45,091 nucleotides of DNA, from positions 1-45,091 of the forward strand of contig JAJFLM010000057.1 in NCBI GenBank assembly GCA_021772655.1, read 5' to 3'. Shown here piece by piece: positions 10,416-20,294 of this stretch. The position numbers and the translations under genes were made by a program. How positions within the stretch are numbered: the stretch's first letter is position 1; each line of letters starts with the position of its first letter. Source of the stretch: Deltaproteobacteria bacterium (GTDB lineage: Bacteria > UBA10199 > 2-02-FULL-50-16 > JAJFLM01). Below the pieces are notes generated by a model. That model saw only the letters and a program-made list of their open reading frames with translations. It was not told where the DNA came from and did no database searches.

Positions 10416-10958
10416 ATGGAACTAACAGCAATTAAGGTGAAAATAGGCCTGAAATCTGATGGATCGGCAAAATATCCCGACTTCAATACTCTACCAGTTT
10501 TAAAGGGCATTGATTGGTCTATGTTTGTGGACAGGGAGGGGCTTGGCTGGCATTATGATAAAACCTCTGGCCACAAAGAAGAAACCATTGATTCCCCAAG
10601 GGGCCAGCAATGGGGAGTTTTGGTAGTCCCGGAGCAATTTGCGATTGAAGCGGTTGCGGCCTTCCCTGGTGAGTGTATACGGCTAACTGAAACGGAGTTA
10701 TCAATGTTCTATGACAACAAGGCTCATTGGCATGAGCCTGATGAGGTCATAGACCAAAAAATAGTTGATGGTTTGCGTGACACTTTAGGTTTGATGGAAA
10801 AGGTGGGAGCGAATCAAACACAAATTGACAATATTAAGGTCAAGATCAGGAAGGCTATTGATCCTAATGATCCAGAGCCTGGGATTAAAAAAAACTTCCG
10901 CAAGAAATGGGCGGATATGAAATCGAGCGCAAATGTCACGATTAAAAATCCTGTGTAG
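10416..10958 (+). CDS. hypothetical protein
   Basis: 180-aa ORF with SD AGAGGGCTAT before the ATG. Confidence 0.45.
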   Translation: MELTAIKVKIGLKSDGSAKYPDFNTLPVLKGIDWSMFVDREGLGWHYDKTSGHKEETIDSPRGQQWGVLVVPEQFAIEAVAAFPGECIRLTETELSMFYDNKAHWHEPDEVIDQKIVDGLRDTLGLMEKVGANQTQIDNIKVKIRKAIDPNDPEPGIKKNFRKKWADMKSSANVTIKNPV

Positions 10959-11583
10959 CGTCCCGAATACGGGATGGATTCATAAATTGGTCTGCCGGGC
11001 AACGGACTATATTTTGCTGGATGGCAGGTATGAAGTGACGCTGATACGGCCAACTCACAGGCCGTATGAAAATAATCTGCACCATATTGTCAATGACTTT
11101 ATGGACGGCGGTTATCATTTCTGGCTCAACATTGATGCGGATAACCCACCTATAAATAATCCGCTTGATCTGGTTGAGCTTGATTTAGACATCGTTGGCT
11201 TGCCAACTCCGGTATTCCACAATACTGGGAACGGCAATGGTGAGAGGCCAATTTACTGGAACGGATATAAATGGAACGAGGAGAAGAAGGGATTTAATGA
11301 GTGGTCGGTTAAGAAGGGGTTACAGGAAGTTGATGCGGTTGGAACGGGATGTTTCTTGATTAATCGAAGGGTGTTCAATCACCCAGAGATGAGGAAGGCA
11401 CCGTTTCAACGCACATATTATGAGGATGGAAGAGTTGAATTTGGCAATGACATTGCATTCTGTCAACGGGCTAAAAAGTCCGGATTCCGCATTCATTGCC
11501 ATTATAGTTACCCATGCAACCATTTTAACGAATTGGAGCTAAACGAGGTGGTTAAGGCGTTTTCGGAGATGAGTCATGGCTGA
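10933..11583 (+). CDS. glycosyltransferase, GT-A-like (putative)
   Basis: 216-aa ORF with a DxD-type motif (WLNIDADNPP) and a later GTGCFLINRRVF segment typical of GT-A/GT2-like enzymes. Embedded in the late structural operon. Confidence 0.5.
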   Translation: MSRLKILCSVPNTGWIHKLVCRATDYILLDGRYEVTLIRPTHRPYENNLHHIVNDFMDGGYHFWLNIDADNPPINNPLDLVELDLDIVGLPTPVFHNTGNGNGERPIYWNGYKWNEEKKGFNEWSVKKGLQEVDAVGTGCFLINRRVFNHPEMRKAPFQRTYYEDGRVEFGNDIAFCQRAKKSGFRIHCHYSYPCNHFNELELNEVVKAFSEMSHG

Positions 11584-13327
11584 TACTCCTTGGGTAGGAT
11601 ATACAGGCGATAAGCTCTATCTGACTTCAGGGCAATTCACATCAACACTTAAAGATAGTGAAGATGTTTCGGCCTCAAATCTTACCCCTGATGGTATTGA
11701 GTGGGACGGCACGAATACTCCTTGGGCTGGGAATAATGGCGATACCCTTTTCCTCACTTCCGGTCAATTCACCTCTACAATCAAAGCCACCAGCCCTAGC
11801 CTGTCTGCTATAGACACACAGTTAAATGGCGTTACATGGGATGGCACTAACACGCCTTGGGCAGGAGAGCAGGCAGACAAATTATATCTACAATCTGGTC
11901 AATTCACCTCTACTCTTAAAACCAGCCAAAGTGTTAGTTCAATTGACAGTGTTCTGGAAGACCTTTCCTATGACGGCACGAATACGCCTTGGGTTGGCAG
12001 CTTTGCGGACAAGTTGTATTTGCAGTCCGGTCAATTCACTTCTACGTTAAAAACAAGCGTTAGTGTAGGTGGTGTCGATGCCACACCAGAAGGTATCTCA
12101 TGGGACGGCACCAATACTCCTTGGTGTGGGAACTCCGCAGATAAGCTATACCTACAATCTGGACAATTTACAACCACATTAAAAACCAGTGAAGATGTCA
12201 GTGCGGTTGAGTCAAGTGTTGGCGGGATTTCCACAAATGATGTAAATGGCAGGCTGGGTATTTCTGCGGCGTCTTCCACGGAAGTTTCCGCTGTTACTGC
12301 CGCTGTTTCTATTGGAGAGTTCGAGCCTGTCATTGGCGCGGGTGCGAATATCGCCGCCGTCATCGCCACCGTCAGTATCAACGAATTGGTTCCCCAAATT
12401 GGAACCGGCGCTATAGTTTTAGCGGAAACGGATTCTTTAGCATTTAATACATTCGCTCCAGTTGTGCAGATAGCTGTAAACGTTGACGTTGTAACTACAG
12501 ATGCTATTAGCATCAATTCATTCGTTCCAATACTGGCTGTTGGCAAGAATGTAATAAGTGTGTTGGCGACTGTAAGTATTAACGAGTTTGAACCGGCAAT
12601 TACTATCGCTTCACCGGATTCTTCTTCGACAGAAGTTCTTGTAAGTGCAACAGATTCAATTATATTCACGACGTTTTCACCGGCAATTCAGGCTAGCAAG
12701 AATGTTGTTGGTGAAGCCGGAACGCTTACATTTAATACATTTGTTCCTTCCGTTCAAATATCTCCGAATGTTACTGCCGCTACGGATGCTATTGCAATTT
12801 CTACTTTCGCACCTACTATTACAGTAGGCGCAAATATAAGCGCCGAGACCGGGGCGTTGGTATTTGGCACGTTCGTTCCATCTGTTGTAGCCAGAACAGA
12901 GGTTATAGTTCCACTTTCATTAATTTCTCTGGATACGTTTAATCCAGCCATAGGGACGGCAATTGCATTCTCCCTGCAACCTGGGATGTATGATATTGGA
13001 CCGTTAGGCCGTTCTCAGGTTCCGGTTCTGCCTTACGGAGTATTGTTGAAGGATAGGGTCGATGGAAACACTTATCTAATTGACAGGGACAGCAACGGAG
13101 ATACCAGGCTGGTTCAATTGAGTTATAGACCTGGATTGCGTGTGCTTGTCGGTACGGAACCCATTGTAAACGGTTACAGAATCTATTCAGAAAATGGTAC
13201 AATCAACTCTGAGAAAGTAGTTGGGCACGATGTCAAAACTGATGGCGTGAACAATCTGATTGGCGCTGGCGGGGATGTATACGAACTGGAATTTGACGGA
13301 TCGGAGTTTTCATGGACGGCGGTATAG
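11576..13327 (+). CDS. tail fibre / receptor-binding protein with two internal repeat arrays
   Basis: 583-aa ORF. It has five ~44-aa tandem repeats (TPWxGxxxDKLYLxSGQFTSTLK...WDGTN) and then about ten ~22-aa repeats with core xINxFxP. Confidence 0.65.
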   Translation: MADTPWVGYTGDKLYLTSGQFTSTLKDSEDVSASNLTPDGIEWDGTNTPWAGNNGDTLFLTSGQFTSTIKATSPSLSAIDTQLNGVTWDGTNTPWAGEQADKLYLQSGQFTSTLKTSQSVSSIDSVLEDLSYDGTNTPWVGSFADKLYLQSGQFTSTLKTSVSVGGVDATPEGISWDGTNTPWCGNSADKLYLQSGQFTTTLKTSEDVSAVESSVGGISTNDVNGRLGISAASSTEVSAVTAAVSIGEFEPVIGAGANIAAVIATVSINELVPQIGTGAIVLAETDSLAFNTFAPVVQIAVNVDVVTTDAISINSFVPILAVGKNVISVLATVSINEFEPAITIASPDSSSTEVLVSATDSIIFTTFSPAIQASKNVVGEAGTLTFNTFVPSVQISPNVTAATDAIAISTFAPTITVGANISAETGALVFGTFVPSVVARTEVIVPLSLISLDTFNPAIGTAIAFSLQPGMYDIGPLGRSQVPVLPYGVLLKDRVDGNTYLIDRDSNGDTRLVQLSYRPGLRVLVGTEPIVNGYRIYSENGTINSEKVVGHDVKTDGVNNLIGAGGDVYELEFDGSEFSWTAV

Positions 13328-13788
13328 AAGGCAATGGTAAGGCTGAAAAGCCTTCTGATATAAACATTATACAAGTCATTAATCCCTTTGTTTTCAGGAT
13401 GATGGATGTATTGCAGCTTATGGACAAGGCCTTTAAGGATGATATGTTCGCACCCTTGGAAGATTTAGTTCCAATGCTTCAAAGCATTGCCTTGTCTGGG
13501 AATGCCATTATTTTCATCGCTCAGGAAGATATGGAATGGAAGGCATTGCTGGTTATTATAAGACCTAGCCTGTTATCGCAACCACAAGTGTTTCATTTTT
13601 ACTGTGAAGGTTCATATAATTTGAGAAATGCCCTTATTGGCAAAGGTGTGGAATGGTTTAAGGATAATGGTTATAATGGATTCGTGACCAGTAACACAAC
13701 ATCACAGAAGGATGCGGTATTCAAGAGATTATTCAATGGAGCGGGGAAATCGAAAAGATTAGGAACTTTATTCAAGTTCGAGGTTTGA
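13312..13788 (+). CDS. hypothetical protein (weak GNAT-like acetyltransferase resemblance)
   Basis: 158-aa ORF with uncertain start. The segment NLRNALIGKGVEWFKDNGY resembles GNAT motif A. Weak. Confidence 0.35.
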   Translation: MDGGIEGNGKAEKPSDINIIQVINPFVFRMMDVLQLMDKAFKDDMFAPLEDLVPMLQSIALSGNAIIFIAQEDMEWKALLVIIRPSLLSQPQVFHFYCEGSYNLRNALIGKGVEWFKDNGYNGFVTSNTTSQKDAVFKRLFNGAGKSKRLGTLFKFEV

Positions 13789-13789
13789 T

Positions 13790-14692
13790 ATGGGATTCGT
13801 AGCAGATGCTTTTGATAGCGTTACAGGGTTTATCGGGGACACATTGTTCGGATCTGATGGTTCACCTTCCCAGGTTATCGACACAACCGATCCGGCGTTT
13901 AAAGAATTAAGACCGGAAGTATCCAATCAGTTTGCGGATTTATTGAGATCGTTTGGTGCGGGGAACACATCGGCCCCGTTTCTGCAATCCCCTGAATTCC
14001 AGGCTGGGGGTCAGCTTGTAGCACCGCAGACGCAGGCTGAAAAGGATTTCCTGGCACGGTTGAACTCACTGGCTGGTGGGTCAACGCCGCTCCAGGGACA
14101 GGCGCGGGATGTATTGAGCAAGACATTGAGCGGTGATTTTCTGTCGCCTGACTCCAACCCGTTCCTTCAGGATGCGATTCAGGCAGCCACACGGCCTGTT
14201 GTCGAGAGGTTTAACGAAGTGACATTACCCGGTGTGATCAGCCAATTCAAACGTGCTGGTCAAACTTTGCGAAGCAACCCGGATAATTTTGATCGTCCGG
14301 GATCTAGTGCGTTCTTGAACCAAGTTAGGCTTGCTGATAAGGACATCGCTAGCCAGATTGGTGATATTGCCACGAATATCTCGTTCCAGAATTTCAACAA
14401 CGAGCGTGCACGGCAGTTGCAGGCCACGGAATCTGCGGAACGGATCACGACACAGGATATTGACAACACGATCAAGACGTTGCAGGCCAATGAATTGCCA
14501 AGGTTGATTGATCAACTTGGCATTGATAAGGGATTGGCGGAGTTTAACCGTAGAGCGCAGTTGCTTCTTCAGATTCTCAATCAAGGTATCGGCGCTTCTC
14601 AAGGACAGATCACTCAGTTGCCTGGAACTCCTGCAACTGAAGGCATATTCGGCGATCTTGCCAAAATCGGAACTGCTGTTGCACTTAAATAA
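13790..14692 (+). CDS. internal virion / ejection protein (putative)
   Basis: 300-aa Q/L/A-rich ORF, first of three consecutive large helical proteins in the position of T7 gp14-16 analogues. Confidence 0.45.
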   Translation: MGFVADAFDSVTGFIGDTLFGSDGSPSQVIDTTDPAFKELRPEVSNQFADLLRSFGAGNTSAPFLQSPEFQAGGQLVAPQTQAEKDFLARLNSLAGGSTPLQGQARDVLSKTLSGDFLSPDSNPFLQDAIQAATRPVVERFNEVTLPGVISQFKRAGQTLRSNPDNFDRPGSSAFLNQVRLADKDIASQIGDIATNISFQNFNNERARQLQATESAERITTQDIDNTIKTLQANELPRLIDQLGIDKGLAEFNRRAQLLLQILNQGIGASQGQITQLPGTPATEGIFGDLAKIGTAVALK

Positions 14693-14704
14693 TGGAGATT
14701 AGAT

Positions 14705-16618
14705 ATGGCTGAAGTCATTGCTACAGGAGGTAGGGCACAACCTTCCGCATTGGGTGGATTTGGTAGGAACTCGGATGCGATTACCCAGATTTTGTTGCAG
14801 AGCCAGGAAAGGAAGCGTTTAGAAGAAGAGCAGCGGCAGCAGGTGGAAGCTATTTTGTCTAATTTCGGCGGTGTGGGGAAAAACCAGAACACTTTTAATT
14901 TCGCTGGGTCAGATCCGTTTGCGCAGTCACCATTTGCACAGGCTTCGCCTCCTTCCGGGTTTCAGGCAAACGACCCTAGGACTGCGATTGATGCGGTAAG
15001 GGGTCTTTTATCTTCTCCAGCCGGTGTGAAAGCATTTATTAATAATCAGGCTGCTGTTTCCAAGGCATTTGAGTTATTACAGGAACCTGAAACCGCAGAT
15101 GCCGGGATTCTTGCTGGCAGCGCAGCACAAATACAACCACAGCAGGCGCGAGGGTTCAGGGGAGAAGACCTGGCCCGGAGAGAAGAACTGCGTAAGGCGG
15201 TCGGGTTTGATGCGTTTACTGATGTGACGAATGAAGGGTTTGTCACTGATCGAGAGACAAGGGAAGGGCTGGAGGAGGACGATAGAAAGGGTGCGGAAGC
15301 TCTAAGAAAAGAAGCGGAAGAACTTCTAAGGCAACCGGAGCCTGCAACTGAAGGCAGAAGCAAAAAAAGCAAGCTCGAACGAGCAATTGAGGCATTGGAC
15401 TCTACGCGGCTTTCTACTGAAAAAGAAGAGGTGAAAATTCAGGCTTTGGCTAAAGCTCGCCGTGAGATCAACGCTCTTCGTGCAACCAATCCTCGCAAGG
15501 CTGCAGCGACAGAGGCCGCGTTGCAAAATTCGCCTGTTTTCACAGAAGCGGCACGAGCGGAGAAAATCAAAGCGATCAAAGATGAGCGTAATGCCAAGCT
15601 CGATGACCAGATAGCAAATCTCCGTGCCGATGAAATTCTAAAAGATGATAAAACGGCAATTGACGTGTCTACCGCCGCGAAAGACATTCTTTTTTCTAAT
15701 GGAGTGGCTTCAATGGAAGAGTTTACTGCCTTGCCTTTAGAGCAACAACGTAAAATCCGTAAAGATATTGGCAAGGCGGCAAGCAAAACAAACAAGATTG
15801 TCAATGTCTCAGCGGCAAAAGCATTGATTGACAAAAACGGTGACTCTGCCGGGACTGGGGTTTTCGTAACCGAATACGACCCGGAAACCGGAGAACTCAC
15901 TGGTCGTGTGCACGTTATTGACGATGAGCGAGGGTTGATCCCAAGTAGTCTTGTTGCAAAAGATCAAGCCGGAGTTGGCCTTGAGCGGTCCTCTAAAGCC
16001 AAATTAGAACAGCAAGTTTTTCAGATTGGTTCAGCTGTCAATGCTCTGGAAGGGCTATTCCGCAACCAGTTGGAAAGCAGGACAGATCAGGAGATAAACC
16101 GCATATTGACTGTCCCTGGCGGATTTAGCCAAGCTCTTGGAACGACTCTTGGAGCCTTAGACGGGTTTGAGGGGCTGTTTTTTGACCGCGAAAGTTTCTT
16201 CTCTGAGTTTTCCAAGAACCCGTCTATTGCCAGAATTGTGGATAAGTTGGCCCCTGATTCGGCTTCGTTTTATGCTGAATATGCTTATACGATGTACAAA
16301 GTCGCAGTTGCGGCTTCCGAAGGTGGCGGAAGAGCCTTGTCGGATAAAGATCTTGAGCGTGTTAAGCCGATGATTAAGATTTCAGAAGCCAAACAACTGA
16401 GATCGACTATAAAAACAAGTCTTAATGTCCTGAGATCGGACAGGAAGTTTAAGGCTGACACTCTAGGCAAGCGCAGAAGCCGGGTGGGGGCAATGTCTGA
16501 TTCTTCTTCATTGGTAATTGATGAGAAAGGCAACCCGATTTTACCTGAAGATATAAAAGAAAAAACAAAGCCAAAAGAATCGCAAACTCTTAACAATAGA
16601 GTGGAGGAATTATTTTAA
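14705..16618 (+). CDS. internal virion / ejection protein (putative)
   Basis: 637-aa A/E/K/R-rich ORF with SD GGAGATTAGAT before the ATG. Confidence 0.5.
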   Translation: MAEVIATGGRAQPSALGGFGRNSDAITQILLQSQERKRLEEEQRQQVEAILSNFGGVGKNQNTFNFAGSDPFAQSPFAQASPPSGFQANDPRTAIDAVRGLLSSPAGVKAFINNQAAVSKAFELLQEPETADAGILAGSAAQIQPQQARGFRGEDLARREELRKAVGFDAFTDVTNEGFVTDRETREGLEEDDRKGAEALRKEAEELLRQPEPATEGRSKKSKLERAIEALDSTRLSTEKEEVKIQALAKARREINALRATNPRKAAATEAALQNSPVFTEAARAEKIKAIKDERNAKLDDQIANLRADEILKDDKTAIDVSTAAKDILFSNGVASMEEFTALPLEQQRKIRKDIGKAASKTNKIVNVSAAKALIDKNGDSAGTGVFVTEYDPETGELTGRVHVIDDERGLIPSSLVAKDQAGVGLERSSKAKLEQQVFQIGSAVNALEGLFRNQLESRTDQEINRILTVPGGFSQALGTTLGALDGFEGLFFDRESFFSEFSKNPSIARIVDKLAPDSASFYAEYAYTMYKVAVAASEGGGRALSDKDLERVKPMIKISEAKQLRSTIKTSLNVLRSDRKFKADTLGKRRSRVGAMSDSSSLVIDEKGNPILPEDIKEKTKPKESQTLNNRVEELF

Positions 16619-19398
16619 TGGCGGCCACCGGAACCAAAATAGAGAAGCCTCCAAAACGCACGATAAGTAAAGAGAACGCGCTGAAGATGCGCGACTTCTT
16701 TTTAAAGGCTCGTAGCGGTGAAGGACCAAAGCCGAATGAGCAACAGCTTCGATTTGCGAGAGACTTGGTTGACGACGGTATTGTTGAGGAGTCAGACATA
16801 TTCCCGCCGCTAGGAACGGCTCAGGCTGTGGACGAAACGATAAAAACGACTGTTGGTGGTGCGATGGAAGCTGCTGGTGGTTTGATGGACATCTTGCCTG
16901 AAGGCCCATTCGGGAAATCTCTGATTGGTCAAGCCGGAGAAAAAGTTCAGGAAGCGGGGAGAAATCTGCAAATTAACCGCGACACACTTCCTGAAACACA
17001 AAAGAACCTTCTTGGCGGGGCCAACCTTGTTGGGGCAACACAGATCCCCGCCAACATCCTAATCAAGTCAGGTAAGATCATTTCTTCTAGCTTAAATCCT
17101 GTCCAGTTAAGACAACTTGGCTCATTTAAAAGAGCGCTGGTGGACGCTTCTAAAAATCCAAGAGCTTTTATTAAGCTTGAAAGCGCTATTGCGGCTCCGG
17201 CTGGCATTACCGGGGAGATGTTGGCGGAAGATTTTGGAGAGTTGGGGCGGGCTTTCGGTGAACTCGTCACGTCGTTTGGGCTGCCATTAGCAACCCGTTT
17301 TGTTAAAGGCATTGGCGGTATTGTTAAATTCAGGGCAGGTAGCGAAGAGGAGGCGAAGGATGTAATTGGCAGGTACTTGTCCAATGAGTTTGACCGCGAT
17401 CCTCTTATCAGAGAAAACCTTAAGATCACAGAGGACGTGCAGAGAGATGTTCCAGGCACTCAATTTACGCTTGATCAGGCGACAAAGAACCCAGAGCTAG
17501 CGGCAACCGCACGTGAGGTTGGGTTGCGTGGTCAGACCGTGGCTATGGATGAGAAAACTAAAAAATCTATTATTGAGTTTTCAAACGCAATCAACCCTAA
17601 AACTACGATTCAAGGCAGACCGCAAGGCCAACAATTAGATAAGTACCAAGAAACAGTCCAGTCCGCCGTTGAGAAGATGGAGACAGAGCATTCTAATAAC
17701 ATAGAATCAATTCTCAGTCAGATGACGAAGAGCATTCTAAAGGCTGGTGGGCAAGATGAGGTACTGGACATTGCCGAAGACGCGAGAAACCTGCTTACCC
17801 GTTCAAAGACAGCCCTTCAAAATGCAATCCGCGACGGATATAACTCACTTGGTGACGTGCCAATTCGCCCGGAAGATGTTAGGGGGCTTTTAAGGTCTTT
17901 GTCAAAGGCAACGGCGACACAAGATCCGTTAAAGCCATTGCCGGATTCGGTAACTTCGATAGCGGCAAGATTAAGAAACTCGTTTAAGGGCAGGCGTGCA
18001 ACTACGGTGCAGGAACCAAGGGGACTTGACCAAGCGCTTGGCGCTGCTCCAAAGACGCGACAGGTTCCTGAAAATCTCACACACAGCCGGTTCCTTGTGT
18101 TAAATGAGATTGACTCTTCTGTGTCGGAAGCGATGCGCGAAGCCGGGAAATCCGGGAAGATGGACGAAGTACGCCGTCTTGGGAAAATCAAGTCAGGGAT
18201 TAACAGTGTTTATGAGACAATGTCGAGGCGAACGGACGTTTCTGCTGATAAGGCGGTCGCCTTAAAACAGCTCAAAAAAATGCGTATTACGATGGGTAAG
18301 TTGTATGAAAACGCCGAGATCGAAGTTCTGTTTAAGAAAGGGAGGCAAGGCGATTTTAAGATTGCGACTGAAGACATCATGGATACGTTCATCCGCACTG
18401 GCAAACGCGCATTCCGCGCCGCCGATTATTACGGTGAAATTTTTAAAGACATTCCAGAGGCACAGCAGCTGATCCGGCGTGAGTTCTCAAGGCGGTTAAG
18501 AGCTTCTGCTATGGACCCTGAAACTAGAAAGATTATTCCAAAGAAAGTTATCGCTTTCCAGAAAAAATACGATGATGCGATCAAGGCGTATGGGCTGGAA
18601 GAAGACTTTAAAGATATAAGAACTTCGATTAAATACGCCGAGGAAAGCATCGGCGATATTCACGAAGATATGGCGGATTTGAAGAGGCAGGCGTTTAAGT
18701 CTTTCGCCGACACGAACAATCCCGAGGGGTTTATTGATTCGATGGTGAACGAACCAGCTCAGATTCAGCGTTTCGTTCGCGGCCTTGAGAAAAACTCAAT
18801 GGAATTCGAGGGGTTTAAAGATCTTGTCGTTGACCGGATCATTCAGAAAACAAGCGCTGGCGTGGCGTTCGGATCAAGCAATATCCCTGGCGAGCATCTA
18901 TTCAATTTACCTTATTTTCAGCGGTTGATTGCCGACCCTAAAAGGATACTGACATCCGTTCTCGGCAAAAAGCACATGAAGAACCTCGAGGTGTTCGCAA
19001 CAGCATTAGGCCGTGCCGCGCCAACTTCAGGGGCTGGAGCCAAGGCTTCTGAGTTTTCAAAAGAGATACAGTCGCCAAAAGTGCGTGAGCTGCTTTCAGG
19101 TGCAAGAGCGGCTTTACGCGGTTTTGTCAGGGCTGACTTTATCGTATTGCAGTCTTCATTTAAAACTGCCGAAGCCATTGCCAGCCAGACGAGAAGGCGC
19201 ATTCTTGTGCAGGCGATGAAAGACCCGAAGTTTGCGCAGGACCTGGTGTTGGCTGTGCTTAACAAGCCGTTACGCGGATCGCTTAAATCTCTATTCAGCC
19301 CTGCGGCGGCTTCCGCTTTAAAGGGCGAGGATTTGGGAAACGACACCCAGCGGCTTCTCGATAAAGCTGGGTTTAAAGGGGAGGAGGTTGTTAAATGA
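16618..19398 (+). CDS. large internal virion / ejection protein (putative)
   Basis: 926-aa ORF, the largest gene in the window. ATGG overlap with the upstream stop. Confidence 0.5.
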   Translation: MAATGTKIEKPPKRTISKENALKMRDFFLKARSGEGPKPNEQQLRFARDLVDDGIVEESDIFPPLGTAQAVDETIKTTVGGAMEAAGGLMDILPEGPFGKSLIGQAGEKVQEAGRNLQINRDTLPETQKNLLGGANLVGATQIPANILIKSGKIISSSLNPVQLRQLGSFKRALVDASKNPRAFIKLESAIAAPAGITGEMLAEDFGELGRAFGELVTSFGLPLATRFVKGIGGIVKFRAGSEEEAKDVIGRYLSNEFDRDPLIRENLKITEDVQRDVPGTQFTLDQATKNPELAATAREVGLRGQTVAMDEKTKKSIIEFSNAINPKTTIQGRPQGQQLDKYQETVQSAVEKMETEHSNNIESILSQMTKSILKAGGQDEVLDIAEDARNLLTRSKTALQNAIRDGYNSLGDVPIRPEDVRGLLRSLSKATATQDPLKPLPDSVTSIAARLRNSFKGRRATTVQEPRGLDQALGAAPKTRQVPENLTHSRFLVLNEIDSSVSEAMREAGKSGKMDEVRRLGKIKSGINSVYETMSRRTDVSADKAVALKQLKKMRITMGKLYENAEIEVLFKKGRQGDFKIATEDIMDTFIRTGKRAFRAADYYGEIFKDIPEAQQLIRREFSRRLRASAMDPETRKIIPKKVIAFQKKYDDAIKAYGLEEDFKDIRTSIKYAEESIGDIHEDMADLKRQAFKSFADTNNPEGFIDSMVNEPAQIQRFVRGLEKNSMEFEGFKDLVVDRIIQKTSAGVAFGSSNIPGEHLFNLPYFQRLIADPKRILTSVLGKKHMKNLEVFATALGRAAPTSGAGAKASEFSKEIQSPKVRELLSGARAALRGFVRADFIVLQSSFKTAEAIASQTRRRILVQAMKDPKFAQDLVLAVLNKPLRGSLKSLFSPAAASALKGEDLGNDTQRLLDKAGFKGEEVVK

Positions 19399-19891
19399 TA
19401 ACTCGTCAGATTGCAGAGAGATGATCAATCCAGAACATTTCCGCAGACACATCATCCAGCCAACGTTAGAGCATATTGGCATGTATTCCAAGGTGGCTGA
19501 AGATTTGCTCATTGGCACAGCTGTGCAGGAATCCGGGTTAGCTTACCTAGTGCAATTATACGACGGTCCAGCCAAAGGGGTATACCAAGTAGAACCAGCT
19601 ACACTTTATGATATTTACGAATCTTACCTGGAGTACCGTACTCCATTGCGTGATAAGGTAGACCAATTAAGAAGCTCGTTACCTATCGAACAGGATCTTA
19701 TTTCCAACCTGTGCTACGCAACGGCTATCGCTAGATTGGTTTATTATAGAAGTCCAGAACCGTTGCCGGATAAGAATGATGTGCCCGGCATGGCGCATAT
19801 GTGGAAAGTTGCGTATAATACTTTTAAGGGCAAAGGAACTGAGGTAGAATTTATAAAGCATTACAATGACTATATTATTAATTTTGAGTGA
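19388..19891 (+). CDS. lytic transglycosylase (SLT domain), probable endolysin
   Basis: Three SLT family motifs occur in order: AVQESGL (catalytic Glu-Ser), GVYQVEP (GLMQ-like) and VAYNTFKG (AYNxG-like). It lies directly upstream of the holin/spanin candidates. Confidence 0.75.
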   Translation: MLNDNSSDCREMINPEHFRRHIIQPTLEHIGMYSKVAEDLLIGTAVQESGLAYLVQLYDGPAKGVYQVEPATLYDIYESYLEYRTPLRDKVDQLRSSLPIEQDLISNLCYATAIARLVYYRSPEPLPDKNDVPGMAHMWKVAYNTFKGKGTEVEFIKHYNDYIINFE

Positions 19892-19902
19892 GGGACTGGA
19901 AG

Positions 19903-20094
19903 ATGGATTGGTTAAAGGGTAAAAAGACTTACATAGTGGCAGCTTTAATGAGTATGGTTTCTATCGTAAATATGGTTACAGGGGATATGACGTTGGTTCA
20001 GTTTGTTGGTAGTGAACATCTGAATACATTACTTGAAGCTTTTGGAATCGGTTTCTTGCGTGCTGGCATTGCGAAAGGAATCGTTGTTAAATGA
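19903..20094 (+). CDS. holin candidate
   Basis: Track ORF starts at GTG 19888. ATG at 19903 follows GAGGGACTGGAAG. About 63 aa with two hydrophobic segments (YIVAALMSMVSIVNMVTG, FGIGFLRAGIAKGIVV). Confidence 0.4.
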   Translation: MDWLKGKKTYIVAALMSMVSIVNMVTGDMTLVQFVGSEHLNTLLEAFGIGFLRAGIAKGIVVK

Positions 20095-20294
20095 CCACAT
20101 TTGCTCTAATAGGCGGTGGCGTTGCTATCATTGCTTTGCTGATTTGGGCTTATGGTAAAACTAAAAAGAATCAAGGTCGCCTTGAAGAGATAGAACGCTC
20201 CGGCAAGGAAATGCATGAAGATATTGAGCTTAAAAACAGGATCAAAAAGGAAACTCGCAATATGTCTAGGCGTGATATTATTGACAGGTTGTAG
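20091..20294 (+). CDS. i-spanin-like protein
   Basis: 67 aa. N-terminal TM segment (FALIGGGVAIIALLIWAYG) followed by a highly charged helix. It overlaps the lipoprotein ORF in another frame. Confidence 0.5.
   Translation: MTTFALIGGGVAIIALLIWAYGKTKKNQGRLEEIERSGKEMHEDIELKNRIKKETRNMSRRDIIDRL

Noticed and set aside
12031-12669. 212-codon antisense ORF inside the tail-fibre gene
   Set aside because: It lies entirely opposite the repeat arrays and has a low-complexity A/T/S/V composition and no SD. The sense frame has clear periodic protein repeats.
13312-13788. Confident GNAT acetyltransferase call
   Set aside because: Only one short motif-A-like stretch is visible and the start codon is unclear. 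It is kept as hypothetical with a weak note.
15046-19346. Multiple antisense ORFs (15046..15372, 15439..15900, 16947..17459, 17817..18191, 18918..19346) within the internal-virion protein genes
   Set aside because: They are S/A/R/L-rich mirror frames of A/E/K-rich sense genes. None has an SD or fits the tightly coupled plus-strand operon.
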